Source: Hemiscyllium ocellatum (lineage: Eukaryota). Taken from it: DNA of 64,000 bases. The notes under the pieces were generated by a model that was not told the DNA's origin, ran no database searches, and saw only the letters and a list, made by a program, of their open reading frames with translations. Shown here piece by piece: positions 47,080 to 60,809 of this stretch. The stretch lies in NCBI RefSeq assembly GCF_020745735.1, contig NC_083435.1, positions 37,039,090 to 37,103,089 on the forward strand, read 5' to 3'. Every line of letters starts with the position of its first letter. Within the stretch, counting starts at the first letter, position 1. The position numbers and the translations under genes are program-made.

Positions 47080-47559
47080 CTGTTGGTGATCAAACAGTCA
47101 TAGATAATTAATAATAAATTTTACCAGAGGAACAATCTGATCAAAGGGGAATGGGGATCCTCTATCAGGCACCAGGGAGAGGGGGTTACACACGGTGCTA
47201 ATCCCCAGGGCCTGTGCTCTCAGAGGGTCTCAGACTCAGGCAGTACTGCCCCTTTCTCCAGTGGCTGCCTCACACCTCAACCTGAAGCAGGTAAGGACGG
47301 GTTTTCTGATCCAGGTCAGAATTCCAGCGCTCACATCCCCACTGTCTGGGAATGACAGGCCCATTCCTTGTGGTCATGTGTTTTTATCACAGGCTGCATT
47401 CTGGGGGATATAGTCTGTGATTGTCCGTGACCACTCTGTCAGCCTCCCACAGGCACTGGCCCACGATCGGACTCGGTATCATATTTACAAGGACACTTTC
47501 CCTGTATGGGGCTGTGAAATCTAGGTGTGGTGGAACTGAGATGAAGGTAGAATATAGAA

Positions 47560-50500
47560 TATAAATATTACTGCGCAGTACAGTCCCTTCAGCCCTCAAT
47601 GTTATGCCAAGCTGTGAAACCAATCTGAAGCCCACCTAACCAACACAATTCCGTTCTCGTACATATGTCTCTCCCCTGACCATTTAAATGCGCTTAAAGT
47701 TGGCGAGTCTACTACTATTCCACGTCCCTACTACTCTCTGAGTAAAGAAACTACGTATGATATCCATCCTATATTTGTCACCCCTTCTGTTAGCCATCAC
47801 CAACTGAGGAAAAAGGCTCTCATTGTCCAGTCTATTTAACTCTCTGATTACTTGGATATCTCAATTAAGTCGCCTGTCAATCCTCTTCTCTCCAATGAAA
47901 ACAGCCTCAGTTCCCTCAGCCTTTCCTTGTAAGACCTTCCCTCCATAACAAGCAACATCCTCGTAAATTTCCTCTGAAACCTTTCCAAGTTTCCACATCC
48001 TTCCTATAATGCGGTGACCAGAACTGTACACAATCCTCCAACTGCAGCCACACCAGAGTTTTGTACAGCTGCAGCATGACTTCATGGTTCTAAAACTCAA
48101 TCCCACTACTAATAAAAGCTAACACACCGTATGCTTTCTTAACAACCTTATCCAACCTGGGTGACAACTTTCAGGGACCTATGCACATGGATACCGAGAT
48201 CTGGCTGCTCGTCTATATTACCAAGAAGCCTTCCATTTGCCCAGAACTCTGCATTCCTGCTGCTCCTTCCAAAGTGAATCACCTCACACTTTTCCGCATT
48301 AAACTCCATTTGCCACCTCTCAGCCCAGCCCTGCATCTTATCTATAGTCCCTCTGTAACCTGCAACATCCTTCTGCACTATCCACACCTCTACCGGTGAG
48401 CGTACTCCACATATTTACTAACCCATCCTTCTATTTATTAAAATGACAAACAGCAGTGGACCCAAAACAAATCCTTGCTGTATACCACTAGTAACTGAAC
48501 TCTAGGGTGAACGTTTCCCATCAACCACCACCCTCTGTCTTCTTTAGCTAGCCAATTTCAGTTCCAAATTGCTAAATCACCCTCAATTCTATGCCACCAG
48601 ATTTTGTGCAATACCATACTGTGGGGAACCGTATCAAACCCCTTACTGAAATCCATATACTCCACATCAACCACTTTACCCTCATCCACCTGTTTGGTCA
48701 CTTTCTCAAAGAACCCAAAAAGGTTTGTGAGGCACGAACTACCCTTCACAAAACCGTGTTGAATATCCCTAATCAACTTATTCCTTTCAAGATAATTATC
48801 TCTTATAACACTTTCCAACACTTTACCCACAACAGAAGTAAGGCTCACTGGTCTATAATTACCAGGGCTGTCTCTGTTCCCCTTCTTGAATAAGGGGGAC
48901 AACATTTGCAATTCTTCAGTCTTCTGGCACTATTCCTGTAGACAATGATGACATAAAGATCAAAGCCAAAGACTCGGCAATCTCCTCCCTGGCTTCCCAG
49001 AGAATCCTATGATAAATCCTATCTCACCCATGAAGCTTATAGAGTTTTACACTTCCCAGAATTACAACACCTCCTCCTTGTGAACCTCAATCCCATCTAG
49101 TCTAGTAGCCTTTATCTCAGTATTCTCCACGACAACATTGTCTTTTTCTTGTGTGAATACTGACAAAAAATATTCATTTAGCACTTTCCCTATCTCTTCT
49201 GACTCCACGCACAACTTCCCATTACTCTCCTTGACTGGTCCTGATCTTACTTGAGTGTCATTCTTTTATTCCTGATATACTGATTGAAAACTTTAGGGTT
49301 TCCGGGATCCTATCTGCCAATGACTTCTCATGTTCCCTCCTGGCTTTTCTTAACTCTTTCTGTATGTCTTTCCTGGCTAACTTGTAATTCTCAAGTGTCT
49401 TAACGGAGCCTTCAAGTCTCATCCTAACATAAGCCTTCTTCTTCCTCTTGCCAAGAGATTCAACTTCTTCTGTAAACCACAGCTCCTACGTTCAACAAGT
49501 TCCTCCCTGCCTGGCAGGTACATACTTACCAAGGACCTGCAGTAGCTGTTCCTTGAATATTTCAATTGTGCCCAACCCCTGCAGTTTCCTTCCTTATCTT
49601 TTGCATCCAAAATCTTGCCCAATTGCATTATAATTGCCCTTTCCCCAGCTATAACTCTTGCTCTTCGGTGTGTACCTATCTCGTTCCATCAATAAAGTAA
49701 ACATAACTGAATTGTGGTCACTATCATCTGGTTGGGTTCATTACCCAGTACCAAATCTAATGTGGCCATGCCCCTTGTTGCCCTGTCGACATAATGTGTC
49801 AGGAAGCCCTCTTGCACACATTGGACACAAAATGACCCATTTAACGTGCTTATTGTTGTATTCCAAGCCAATATTTGGAAAGTTAAATGTCCCCATAACA
49901 ACTACACTCGCTCCTATTGAGAATCATTATCCTTTCCTCTACATCTCTGGAACTATTCAGAGGCCTATAGAAAACAGCGTGACCACTCCTCAGTACTACC
50001 TCAGTAGACGGGTCTTCAAACATCCTTTCTGCTGCCACAATACTGTCCTTGACTAACAATGCCACACTTGCCCCTCTTTACCATCTTCACTGTTCTTACT
50101 GAAACATCAAAATCCCAGAACTGTAACACCCATTCCTCTCCCTGCTTTAGCCATGTCTCTGAAATGGCCACGACATCGAAGTTCCAGGTACCAACCCATG
50201 CTGCAAGGTCACCCACCATATTCCGTATGATGCTGGTGTTGAAGTAGTCACACTTCAAACCAACTTCTTGTTTGCTGATGCCCTCTTCAAACCTTAGTTC
50301 AGATCTCACGACTCTCAAACTCCTGTATACTCGAACTACAATTTGAGTTCACATCCCCCTCCTGAATTAGTTTAAACCCTCCCAAAGAGCATTAGCAAAT
50401 TTTCACCCCCCCCCCCCCCACCATGATACTGGTACCCCTCTGGTTCAGGTGAAGAGAATCCTGTTTGTAGAGGTCGCACTACCCCAGAAAGAACCCCAAT

Positions 50501-51000
50501 TATCCAGGTGTAGGAAACGCTCCCTCCTGTGCACCATCCCTATAGCCATGTGTTCAACCCCTGTCTCTCTCCCTATTTCTCACCTCGCTAGTACGTGGCA
50601 CAGGCAACTAACCAGAGATAACAACTCTGTCCAATCTCTAAGCTTGCACCCTAACTCCCTGAATTTCTTCCTTAAATTCCCATCTCTCTTCCTACCTATG
50701 TCATTTGGTGCCTATGTGGACCACAACTTGGGGATGCTCCACCTCATCCTCAAGGATCCTGAAAACACAATCTGAGACGGCATGAACCCTGGCACCTGGG
50801 AGGCAATATACCAACTGCGAGTCTCTCTCACTCCCACAAAACCTCCTGTTTGTCCCCCTAACTACAGAGTGTCCAATGACTAATGGTCTGCTCCTTGTCC
50901 CCCTTCCCTTTCTGAGCAATAGGGACAGACTCTTTGCCAGAGATCTGTGCCCCATTGCTTACCCCTGGTATGATTTGGATGTGCAAATAGGTGGGAATGG
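47560..51000 (-). mobile_element. Near full-length degenerate CR1 LINE (ORF1 SGNH esterase plus ORF2)
   Basis: VIGHSVVRG...CLPGARV...VHIGT esterase motifs (50701-50955), endonuclease FDVVAISETW, RT GNYRPVSLTSVVGK and DFSKGFD. Confidence 0.85.
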
Positions 51001-52400
51001 TTAGTAATGTTTCGTTTGCAGATGACACCAAAACAGGAAATGTAGTGGGCAGTGAAGAAGGTTGTCTCAGAGTACAAGGACCTTGATCAGATGGGCTGAG
51101 GAGTGGCAGATGGAGATTAATTTAGATAAAAGTGAGGTGTTGCATTTTGGGTAAATCATAGCAGCATTTATACAGTTAATGGTAGGGTGCTGGGGAGTGT
51201 TACCAAACAAACAGACCTTGGAGTGTAGAGTCATAGTTCCTGAAGGTGGAGTTACAGATTGACAGGATAGTGAAGAAGGTGTTTGGTCTACTTGCCTTTA
51301 TTGGTCAGTGGATTGAGAACAGGAGTTGGGCTATCATGTTGCAGCTGTACAGGACATTAATTCAGTCATTTTCCGAATGCTATGTTAAATTCTGAACTTA
51401 CTGCTGTAGGAATCATGAAAGGGTTCAGAAAAGATTTACAAGGTTTGGAGCTATAGGGAGAGACTGAATAGGCTGGGGCTATTTTTCCTGAAGTGTTGAA
51501 GGCTGAGGGATGACCTTTTAGAAGTTTATAAAACCATCCTATCTGTTGTGAACCTTGAAAGGGTTCAGAAAAGATTTACATGGATGTTGCCAGGCTTGGA
51601 GGATCTGAGCTACAGGGAGAGGCTGAACAGGCTGGGGCTGTTTTCCCTGGAGCGTCGGAGGCTGAGAGGTAACCTTATAGATGTTTACAAAATTATGAGG
51701 GGCATGGATAGGATAAATAGGCAAAATCTGTTCCCTGGGGTAGGGGAGTCCAGAACTAGAGGGCATAGGTTGAGGGTGAGAGGGGAAAGATATAAAAGAG
51801 ACCTAAGGGGCAACTTTTTCGTGCAGAGGATAGTGCACGTATGGAATGAGCTGCCAGAGGAAGTGACAGAGGCTGGTACAATTGCAACATTTAAGAGGCA
51901 TTTGGATGGGTATATGAATAGGAAGGATTTGGAGGGATATGGGCCGGGTGCTGTCAAGTGGAACTAGACTGGGTTGGGATTAGTGGTCGGCATGGAACGA
52001 TTGGACCGAAGGATCTGTTTCTGTGCTGTACCTCTCTATGACTCTATGAGGGGCATAGATAAAGTGAATAGCCAAGTTCTTTTTCCCAGAGTAGGGGAGT
52101 CTGAAACTAAAGGGCAGAGATTGAATGTGAGAGGGAAAAGATTTAAAAGGGAACTAAGAGGCAACTTTTTCGTGCAGAGGATAGTGCATGTATGGAATGA
52201 GCTGCCACAGGAAGTGACAGAGGCTGGTACAATTACAGCATTTAAAAGGCATCAGGATGGGCTTATAATAGGATGGGTTAAGAAGGATGTGGGCTCAATG
52301 CTGGCAAATGGGACTTCGATCAGTTTAGGGTTTCTGGTCTTCGTAGACAAGTTGGACTAAGGGTCTGTTTCTCCACTGTACAACTCTATGAATCTACCTT
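51000..52400 (+). mobile_element. Stacked CR1 3' fragments
   Basis: Repeated LERVQKRF...GLFSLERRRLRG C-termini; 51560-52030 is near-identical to 59140-59610. Confidence 0.85.
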
Positions 52401-52599
52401 CTGTCCAATTTCCTCTAATTATTGTAATGTTTTTAACATTGATCTAATTGTTTAATTGATTCCTCACAAATTAAGCAGAATGAGTTGCCCTCTTTTGAGG
52501 CAGTTGTGGTTTTAATGACAACAAGTAATATATTCCAGTGCTACACTTGGTAAGCTGCTTTCAAACACATTCCCAGTTAATTCTAGTCACATGGGAGTT

Positions 52600-54090
52600 C
52601 AGAGGGAGAGTGGGCAAGTCAGCCCTTTGAGTCCACTCCACCATTTAACATGATCATGACTGATTTTATCCTGGTCTCACCTCCACCTTCCTGCCTGCTC
52701 CCATCCCCCTTTATCCTGCTTTCCATCAGAAACATAGCCATTTCTTTCCTGAATTTGTTGATTGGTTCTGCCCCACTCTGGGTCAGTGAGTTCCACAGAT
52801 TCACAACCCTCTGAAAGAGGGAGTTTCTTCTCATCTCAGTATTGAACCGGCCTCCTCTCTCTACATCTATGACCTCTTGTTCGAGACTGTCCCACAAGGG
52901 GAATGTCCAATAAACATCAATCTTATCAATCCCCTTTAGCATTTTATATTCCTCAATTAGATCCTCCTTCATTCCTCTGATCTCCAGTGAGTCCAGGCCC
53001 AAGCTATTCAATTGTTTCTCGTACAATAACCCTTTCATCCCTGGAACCAGCCTGGTGAACCTCCTCTGAACTGCCTGCAATGTCACCACATCCTCCCTTA
53101 GGTAAGGAGACCACAACTGGACATCATTCTTCAGGTGTGGACTCACCAATGCCTTATATAACTGTAACAACACTTCTTTGCAATAAATGCCAGTATTCCA
53201 TTTGCCTTTCTTATTATATGCTGCACTTGCTTATCCACTTTCTGCAATTCATGTCCCAAGACACCCAGATCCCTCTGCACTGAAACACTGTGAATCTGCT
53301 TCCCACTGAAATAACAATTTGTCTTTTCAGTATCCAGCCAAATGAACAACCCCACACTTATTCACATTAAACTCCACCTGTCAGAGTCTAGCCCATTCTC
53401 CTAGCCAATATCCATCTGGAAACTTATTATCTCCTCATCATAGCCTGGTTTCCCACCAATATTAGTATTATCCATGAGTTTGACTATGATACACTCTATC
53501 CCTGCTTGCTGATCATTTATACAGATTGTAATTAATTGAAGTCTGAGAACTGAACCATGCAGCACAAGATTAGTTACAGTTCATCACCCAGAGAAGGACC
53601 CATTTTTCCTGATCCCCTGTTTTCTGTAAGTTGGCCAATCCTTTATCTAAATCAATCCGCTCCCTTATAACTCCCATAGGACCTGACCATCAGGATTAGT
53701 CTTTTATTTGGCACCTTGTCAAATGTCTTCTGGAAGTCTAGATAAACCACATCCACTGGGCATCGGTGAATCGAGCTTCATTTATCTCAATGTTCAGTTA
53801 TCTCCTCCCTTATGATTGGCTTCAGCAGCTTCCCCACGACAAAGTTCAAACTAACTGGTCTACAGTTTCCCACTTTGTGCCTATCTCCTATTTGAATAAG
53901 GGTATCACGTTAACATATTTCCAAGTCACTGGTATCTTTCCAGAATTCCAGGGATTTTTGGAATATCTCAACTAATGCATCCGTTATCTCTGTTGACAAA
54001 TCCTTTTATACCTCTGGGTGCAGGCCATCAGACCCTGGGGAATTATCTGCCTTTAATCCCATCAGTTTATGTAATACCTTCTCCCCAGTT
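52600..54090 (-). mobile_element. CR1 LINE 3' fragment
   Basis: ORF 52619-53173 with QLWSPYLRED...LQAVQRRFTRL. Confidence 0.8.
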
Positions 54091-54189
54091 ACAGCAATTG
54101 CACCAAGTTCCTTGATAGTAACTGCAGTTTTTGGGAGGACAGTGCTACCTTACACTGTGACAACAGAGACATTTCTGTTATTCCTGAAT

Positions 54190-56735
54190 ACCTGTCGCAA
54201 AGTTTTTACTACAGTTGTTATGGGGGATTTCAACATGCAGGTAGACTGGGAGAATCAGAATCATCCTGGACCCCAAGAAAGAGAGTTTGTGGAGTACCTC
54301 CGAGATGGATTCTTAGAACAGCTTGTACTGGAACCTACAAGGGAAAAGGCAATTCTGGATCTGGTTTTGTGAAATGAACCGGATTTGATCAGGGACCTCG
54401 AAGTGAAGGAATTATAAGGAAGTAGTGACCATAATATGATAAGTTTTAATCTGCAATTTGAGAGGGAGAAGGGAGAATTGGACGTTTCAGTATTACAGTT
54501 GAACAAAGGGAACTATGGAGCTCTGAGGGAGGAGCTGGCCAAAGTTCAATGGCTCAATACTCTAGCAGGGATAGCAGTGGAACAACAATGGCAGGTACTT
54601 CTTGCAGAAAGTGCAGGATCAGTTCATTCCAAAAAGGAAGGAAGATCCTAAGGGGAGGCAGAGAGGGCCATGGCTGACGAGGGAAGTTAAGGGAAGATAA
54701 AAGAGAAGAAGTATAACATAGCAAAGATGAACAGGAAGCTGGAGGACTGGGAAATGTTTAAAAAGCAACTGAGGATAACTAAAAACGCAATACGCGGAGA
54801 AAAAAATGAGGGATGAAGGCAAACTGGCCAAAAATATAAAGGAGGATAGTAAAAGCTTTTTTAGGTATGTGGAAGAAAAAAAATGGTTAAGATTAACATT
54901 TGGCCCTTAAAGACAGAAATGGGTGAATTCATTATGGGGAACAAGGAAATGGCAGAAGAGTTGAATGGTACTTTGGATCTGTCCTCACTGGGGAAGACAC
55001 AAGCAATGTCCCAGATGTAATAGTGGCTGAAGGACCGAGGGTAATGGATGAACTGAAGGGAATTTATATTGGGCAGGAAATTGTGTTGGAGAGACTGTTA
55101 GGTCTGAAGGCTGATAAGTCCCCGGGACCTGATGGTCTGCATCCCAGGGTACTTAAGGAGGTGGCTCTAGAAATCATGGACGCATTGGTAATCATTTTCC
55201 AATGTTCTATAGATTTAGGATCAGTTCCTGCAGATTGGAGGGTGGCTAATGTCGTCCCACTTTTCAAGAAAGGAGGGAGAGAGAAAACAGGGAATTATAG
55301 ACTGGTTAGCCTGATGTCAGTGGTAGGAAAGATGCTGGAGTCAATTATAAAAGATGAAATTATGACTCATTTGGATAGCAGTGACAGGATAGGTCAGAGA
55401 CAGCATGGATTTACGAAGGGGAAATTGTGCTTGACTAATTTTCTGGAATTTTTTGAGGATGTAACCATGAAGATGGACAAGGGAGAGCCAGTGGATGTAG
55501 TGTACCTGAACTTTCAGAAAGCCTTTGATAAAGTCCCACATAGGAGATTAATGAGCAAAATTAGGGCACATGATACTGGGGGCAAAATACTGACTTGGAT
55601 TGAAAATTGGCTGGCTGACAAGAAGCAAAGAGTAATGATAAACGGGTCCCTTTCGGAATGGCAGGCGATGACCAGTGGGGTACCACAAGGTTCAGTGCTG
55701 AGACTGCTGCTGTTTACGATATACATTAATAATATAGATGAAGGCACTAATATTAGCAATTTTGCTGATGACACAAAGCTGGGTGGCAGGGTGAAATGTG
55801 AGGAGGATGTTAGGAGAATACAGGGTGACTTGGACAGGCTAGGTGAGTGGACAGATGCATGGCAGATGCAGTTTAATGTGGATAAATGTGTGGTTATCCA
55901 CCTTGGTGGCAAGAACAGGAAGGCAGATTACTATCTAAATGGAGTCAAGTTAGGTAAAGGGGCAGTACAATGAGATCTGGGAGTTCTTGTGTATCAGTCA
56001 ATGAAATCAAGCATGCAGGTACAGCCGGCAACAATGAAGAAAGCTACTGGCATGCTGGCCTTCATAACAAGAGGAATTGAGTACAGGAGCAGAGAGGTCC
56101 TTCTGCAGCTGTACAAGGCCCTGGTGAGACTAAACCTGGAGAATTGCGTGCAGTTTTGGTCTCCAAATTTGAGCAAGAACATTCTGGCTATTGAGGGAGT
56201 GCAGCGTAGGTTCACGAGGTCAATTCCCAGAATGGCTGGACTATCTCATGTTGAAAGATTGGAGTGACTGGGCTTGTATACACTTGATGGTGAGAGAAGG
56301 TATACAAGAAGGATGAGAGGGGATCTGATTGAGATGTGTAAGATTATTAAAGGATTGGTCACTCTGGAGGCAGGAAGCATCTTTCAGCTGATAGGTGAGT
56401 CCAGAGCCAGAGGGCAAAGTTTAAAAATAAGGGGTAGGTCATTTAGAACAGAGTTGAGGAGAAACTTCTTCACCCAGAGAGTGGTGGGTGTATGGAATGC
56501 CCTCCCCCAGAGGGCAGTGGAGGCCAAGTCTCTGGATACTTTCAAGAAAGAGATGGATAGAGAGATAGACAGTGGAATCAAGGGATATGGGGATAAGGCA
56601 GGAACAGGATACTGATTGTGGATGATCAGCCATGATCACAATGAATGGTGGTGCTGGCCTGAAGAATAAAATGCCCTACTCCAGCACTCATGTCTATTGA
56701 TTATTGTCTATTGTCTATTGATTATTGTCTATTGA
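54190..56735 (+). mobile_element. CR1 LINE ORF2 (endonuclease end plus RT) with a tandem CTATTG-type tail
   Basis: ORF 55023-55973 with KSPGPDGLHPRVLKE, FQKAFDKVPH, GVPQGS and FADDTK. Confidence 0.9.
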
Positions 56736-56769
56736 CCCTGCTTCAGAACGTGCAGATCTTGAACCTGAA

Positions 56770-58990
56770 GCATTAACTCTCTTAACCAGTCTCTTTGTGG
56801 TTATGGGTCTGCTCGCTGAGCTGGGAAGTTGATTTGCAGACGGTTTGTCCCCTGTCTAGGTGACATCTTCAATGGTCTGGAGACTCTTGTGAAGTGTTGC
56901 TGTACTGTGCCTTCTGGAATTTATTTGGTTCCTTTCCTGTTGCTTCTGGTTGCCAGTTCCGGTTGTTCATTATAGTGACCGGTATATTGGGTCTGGGTCA
57001 ATGTCTAGTCTCTGGCTGTCCCCTGTTTAGCTTGTCCTATGATCTCAGTGTTAATTCAGTCGAATTTGTGGTCCCTGTCATCAGTGAGTGTGGTTATCAT
57101 GGACAGTTGATCGTGGTGTTTAGTGGTTAGTTGGTGTTTATGGATGCTGATTGCTAGTTGTCTGCCTGTTTGTCCAATATAGTGTTTTGTACAGCCTTTG
57201 CATGGAATCCTGTAAATTACCTTAGTCTAGCACATGATGGGCGTGGGGTCTTTTGTCCTGATGAGTGATGTCTGAGTGTGCCTGTCAGTTTATGGACAGT
57301 AATGGATCCCAGTGGGTGGGGAAATCTGGCTGTCAGTCTGAGACGTTTTTTATATCAGGTAGGGCAGTTAGTGTGTTGGGTTGTGGCATGTCCTGGTCAC
57401 ATGGTTTGTCTGTTAGGCATCTGCGGATGAAGTTGCGGGGATATTCATTCTTGGTGAAGACTCTGCAGAGATGTTCTTCTTCTTCTTCCCTTCGTAGGCC
57501 GGGAGAGCTGCAGTGTCTTGTAGTTCTTTTGAACAGGGTCCTCATGCAACTTCTCTTGTGTGTGTTTGGGTGGTTGCTGTTGTAGTTCAGGACCTGGTCC
57601 ATGTGTGAGGCTTTTCTGTACACTGTTGTGGTACATTCACCGCTCTGTATTCCTTCTACCGTCACATCCAGGAATGGGAGTTGGCTGTTGGTTTCCTCCT
57701 CTCCAGTACATTTGATCCCTATAACTCGGAGGTGCCGGTTTTGGACTGGGGTAGATAAAGTTAAAAAGCACACCACAACATGTTAGAGCCGAACAAATTC
57801 ATTGGGAAGCACTAGCTTTCGAAAAGCTGCTTCTTCATCAGGTGGTTGAAGGAGCCCGATAAAGGAGCAGCGTTTCGAAAGCTCGTGCTTCCAAATAAAC
57901 CTGTTGGACGATAACCTGGTGTTGTGTGATTTTTACCTTAATCCCTATGACCAGAGTCAATAATATAGTATGTGTTCTCTATATCTGTTCTCTTAATAAC
58001 TACAAAAATGTTGTCAATGTATCTGATTCAGAGTTTGGGTTGAATTTATAGGAGAGCTGTTTGTTCCAGTTTTTGCATCACAGCTTGTGCTCTGAGCCCG
58101 GAGATGGGTGAGCCCATAGGTGTCCCATTGACCTGTTCATGTATTTGTTGTTGAATGGGAAGTGTGTCCTCAAGCACAGGTCTAGTAGTGTGACCCTGCA
58201 GTCCTTGTTGGGAGGTTCCCTGTCGTGTTGCCTGTTCTGTTTGTCCTGGAGGTTAGCTATTATCTCTCTGGCTAGGGTTTTGTCAATTACATTGAACCAT
58301 GTTGTTCCATTGAATGAGACCATTGCTTCATCCTTATCCATGTTTATGTTCTTAATGTTGTCTAGGAATCCCTGTGATGATTGTATGGAGTGTTTGGATC
58401 TGCTGAGAAGATGTTTCTGTTTTTGTTGGAGTTCTTTGGTGACACACAGAAAGGGAAAGGCGCTCCAAAACAAAATGACTAACCAACAGCAGAGAAGACA
58501 ACATGACAGTTACCTGGGTGAGATTCATACGAAGACTGTATGAAACACTATATCAGACAAACAGGCAGACAGCTAGCAATCCACATCCATGAACACCAAC
58601 TAACCACTCAACACCACAACCAGCTGTCCCTGGTAGCCACACACACCAATGACAGGGACCACAAATTCAACTGGGACAACAACGATCATAGGACAAGCTA
58701 AACAGAGGACAGCCAGAGAAATTCTGGAAGCTTGGCACTCATTCACAGACTCAATCAACAAACACCTAGACCCTATACCGATCACGACAACGAACAACCG
58801 GAACCAGCAGGAATGGAATCAAAAAAATTCCAGAGGACACAGTACAGCAGCGCTTCACAGGAGGCTCCAAAACACTGAAGATGTCAATGAGACAGGGGAC
58901 AAAACATCTGCACATCAACGTCCCAGCTCGGCGAACATACCCATAACCACAGCAACCTGCACCCGAGCTATAAATCTTTACACAACCCTT
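56770..58990. mobile_element. Penelope-like element cluster (minus RT/EN 56790-57730, hairpin 57740-57940, minus RT 58078-58480, plus EN tail 58520-58990)
   Basis: YNSNHPNTHKRSC, MVSFN...DLCL...MG, REILEAWHS motifs. Confidence 0.8.
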
Positions 58991-59139
58991 GATTGACTCT
59001 CTTTCTCTCTCTTGATGGATGCTTCCTGGCCAGCTTTGAATTTCCAGCATTTTCAGTTTAAATTTCAGATTTCCAGCATCTGCGATACTTTCCTACCCTG
59101 TGATATGCTGAAGTGACATGTCTACTTTCGGGGTGCCTT

Positions 59140-59610
59140 AAGATTTACAAGGATGTTGCCAGGGTTGGAGGATCTGAGCTACAGGGAGAGGCTGAACAGG
59201 CTGGGGCTGTTTTCCCTGGAGCGTCGGAGGCTGAGGGGTAACCTAATAGAGGTTTACAAAATTATGAGGGGCATGGATAGGATAAAGAGACAAAGTCTGG
59301 GGTCGGGGAGTCTAGAACTAGAGGGCATAGGTTGAGGGTGAGAGGGGAAAGATATAAAAGAGACTTAAGGGGCAACTTTTGCAACAGAGGGTGGTACAGG
59401 TATGGAGTGAGTTGCCAGAGGATGTGGTGGAGGCTGGTACAATTGCAACATTTAAGAGGCATTTGGATGGGTATTTGAATAGGAAGGGTTTGGAGGGATA
59501 TGGGCCGGGTGCTGGCAGGTGGGACTAGATTGGATTGGGGTATCTGGTCGGCATGGACGGATTGGACCAAAGGGTCTGTTTCTGTGTTGTACATCTCTAA
59601 GACTCTATGA
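59140..59610 (+). mobile_element. CR1 3' fragment
   Basis: MLPGLEDLSYRERLNRLGLFSLERRRLRG. Confidence 0.85.
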
Positions 59611-59979
59611 CTCTATGTTACTGCATAGGGCCAGGTTTGAAGAAACAGCGATACTTAGATAATAGGAAGAACCAAGTTGCGTGACATTGTCTGGTGTTAG
59701 GGCTCCCATGACTGAGTGGCACAAAATGGCTGCTGGCTGCCCATGGTTAATACAGGAGAACATGGCTGACAGTAGTTACAGCACTTTGGACAATGTTTGC
59801 TTCACGTAGCCTTCACATGTAGGACAATAGTAACTCTGTATAATCAAGGTTACTGACTGAGAGAGAATGAGCAGCTGCAGTTGCTTTCTTAGATAAGAAC
59901 ATTTCACACTAATTAGTTGTCTCTCTTGAATCATTTAATCAATCTGTTACAACAGAAACATCAATCAGCCAGATCTTAC

Positions 59980-60240
59980 CAGACGTCTGGTTTGACCTCT
60001 TCATTATTGTACTCAGAATTTCCTTCACCTTGTTTGCATGTATGTTCACCCGCTCTGTGATATAATCCCAGAAATTCACATCGAAGAATTCTGCCATGAA
60101 CTGCTGCCTGGGGATGCACCGTTGGGTTTTACTGTCACATGAACCGATTATAACTCCATTGACTGTTGCACTGTTTGTAACCTCAGGAAAACCCTTCAAT
60201 CCAGCAACAATTGTGTAAATCACAGTGAATGCGTTAGTCT
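59980..60240 (-). CDS. Gene A alpha1 exon (open, with two extra cysteines)
   Basis: 261 bp, TTTTATAG acceptor and GTAAGA donor. ETNAFTVIYTIVAGLKGFPEVT...SCDSKTQRCIPRQQFM...NFW...RSNQTS. Confidence 0.93.
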
Positions 60241-60654
60241 CTATAAAACAAACAATAAAAGCAGGGAGTTACTCAACACCAACATAAACATCAAATTAAT
60301 GTACCTGGGCTACAAAACTAGAGTCGCATCACAGACATCAGGGACATCACTAATGTGAGAGACTGCCCGCAAAATCACTTTCAACGTATTATATCTGTAA
60401 AGATCAGGCTGAAAACAATTGCACAGACTTCCAGCTGGTCAAAGTGAGGCCCATCCACACAGTGACAATCTCCAATAATCCACCAAATTATAACACTGTC
60501 AGAATCTTGTCTGATATAATCAACAGAATAAGATTCAACTGGGACAGAATTAGCTGCTGCACCCTCTCAGAACAGGGAGTAAACACAGAACAGACTCACT
60601 CAGATACTCGATGGTGTCAGTGTGGGACACAATCCAAGGATTGGAATATTAAAC

Positions 60655-60760
60655 AGAAGATCACTAACCTGGAACAGTAACCTGGGACACACCCGGTCTA
60701 TTACTAACCTGGTACAGTAACCTGGGACACACCGGGTCTATTACTAACCTGGAACACATG
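60655..60760 (+). repeat. 40-bp minisatellite, about 3 units, in gene A intron 1
   Basis: Same unit as 35979-36690. Confidence 0.85.
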
Positions 60761-60809
60761 CAGTTTGTCAGCAGCCTGGAATAGTGATGTGGGATACACC
60801 TAGTGCATT

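Larger units (their letters stand above)
41426..60240 (-). pseudogene. Gene A: MHC class I-like paralogue with a premature stop in alpha2 (probable pseudogene or null allele); leader outside the window
   Basis: Exons: a1 59980-60240, a2 46804-47079 (TGA at 47003-47005), a3 about 46409-46687, TM 44070-44186, cyt 43607-43639, last 42992-43011. 3' homology to gene B extends to 41426 (equivalent to 12614). Confidence 0.8.

Noticed and set aside
51560-59610. Near-identical 470-bp segments at 51560-52030 and 59140-59610 as a segmental duplication
   Set aside because: Both are 3' ends of an abundant young CR1 family, and their flanks are unrelated.
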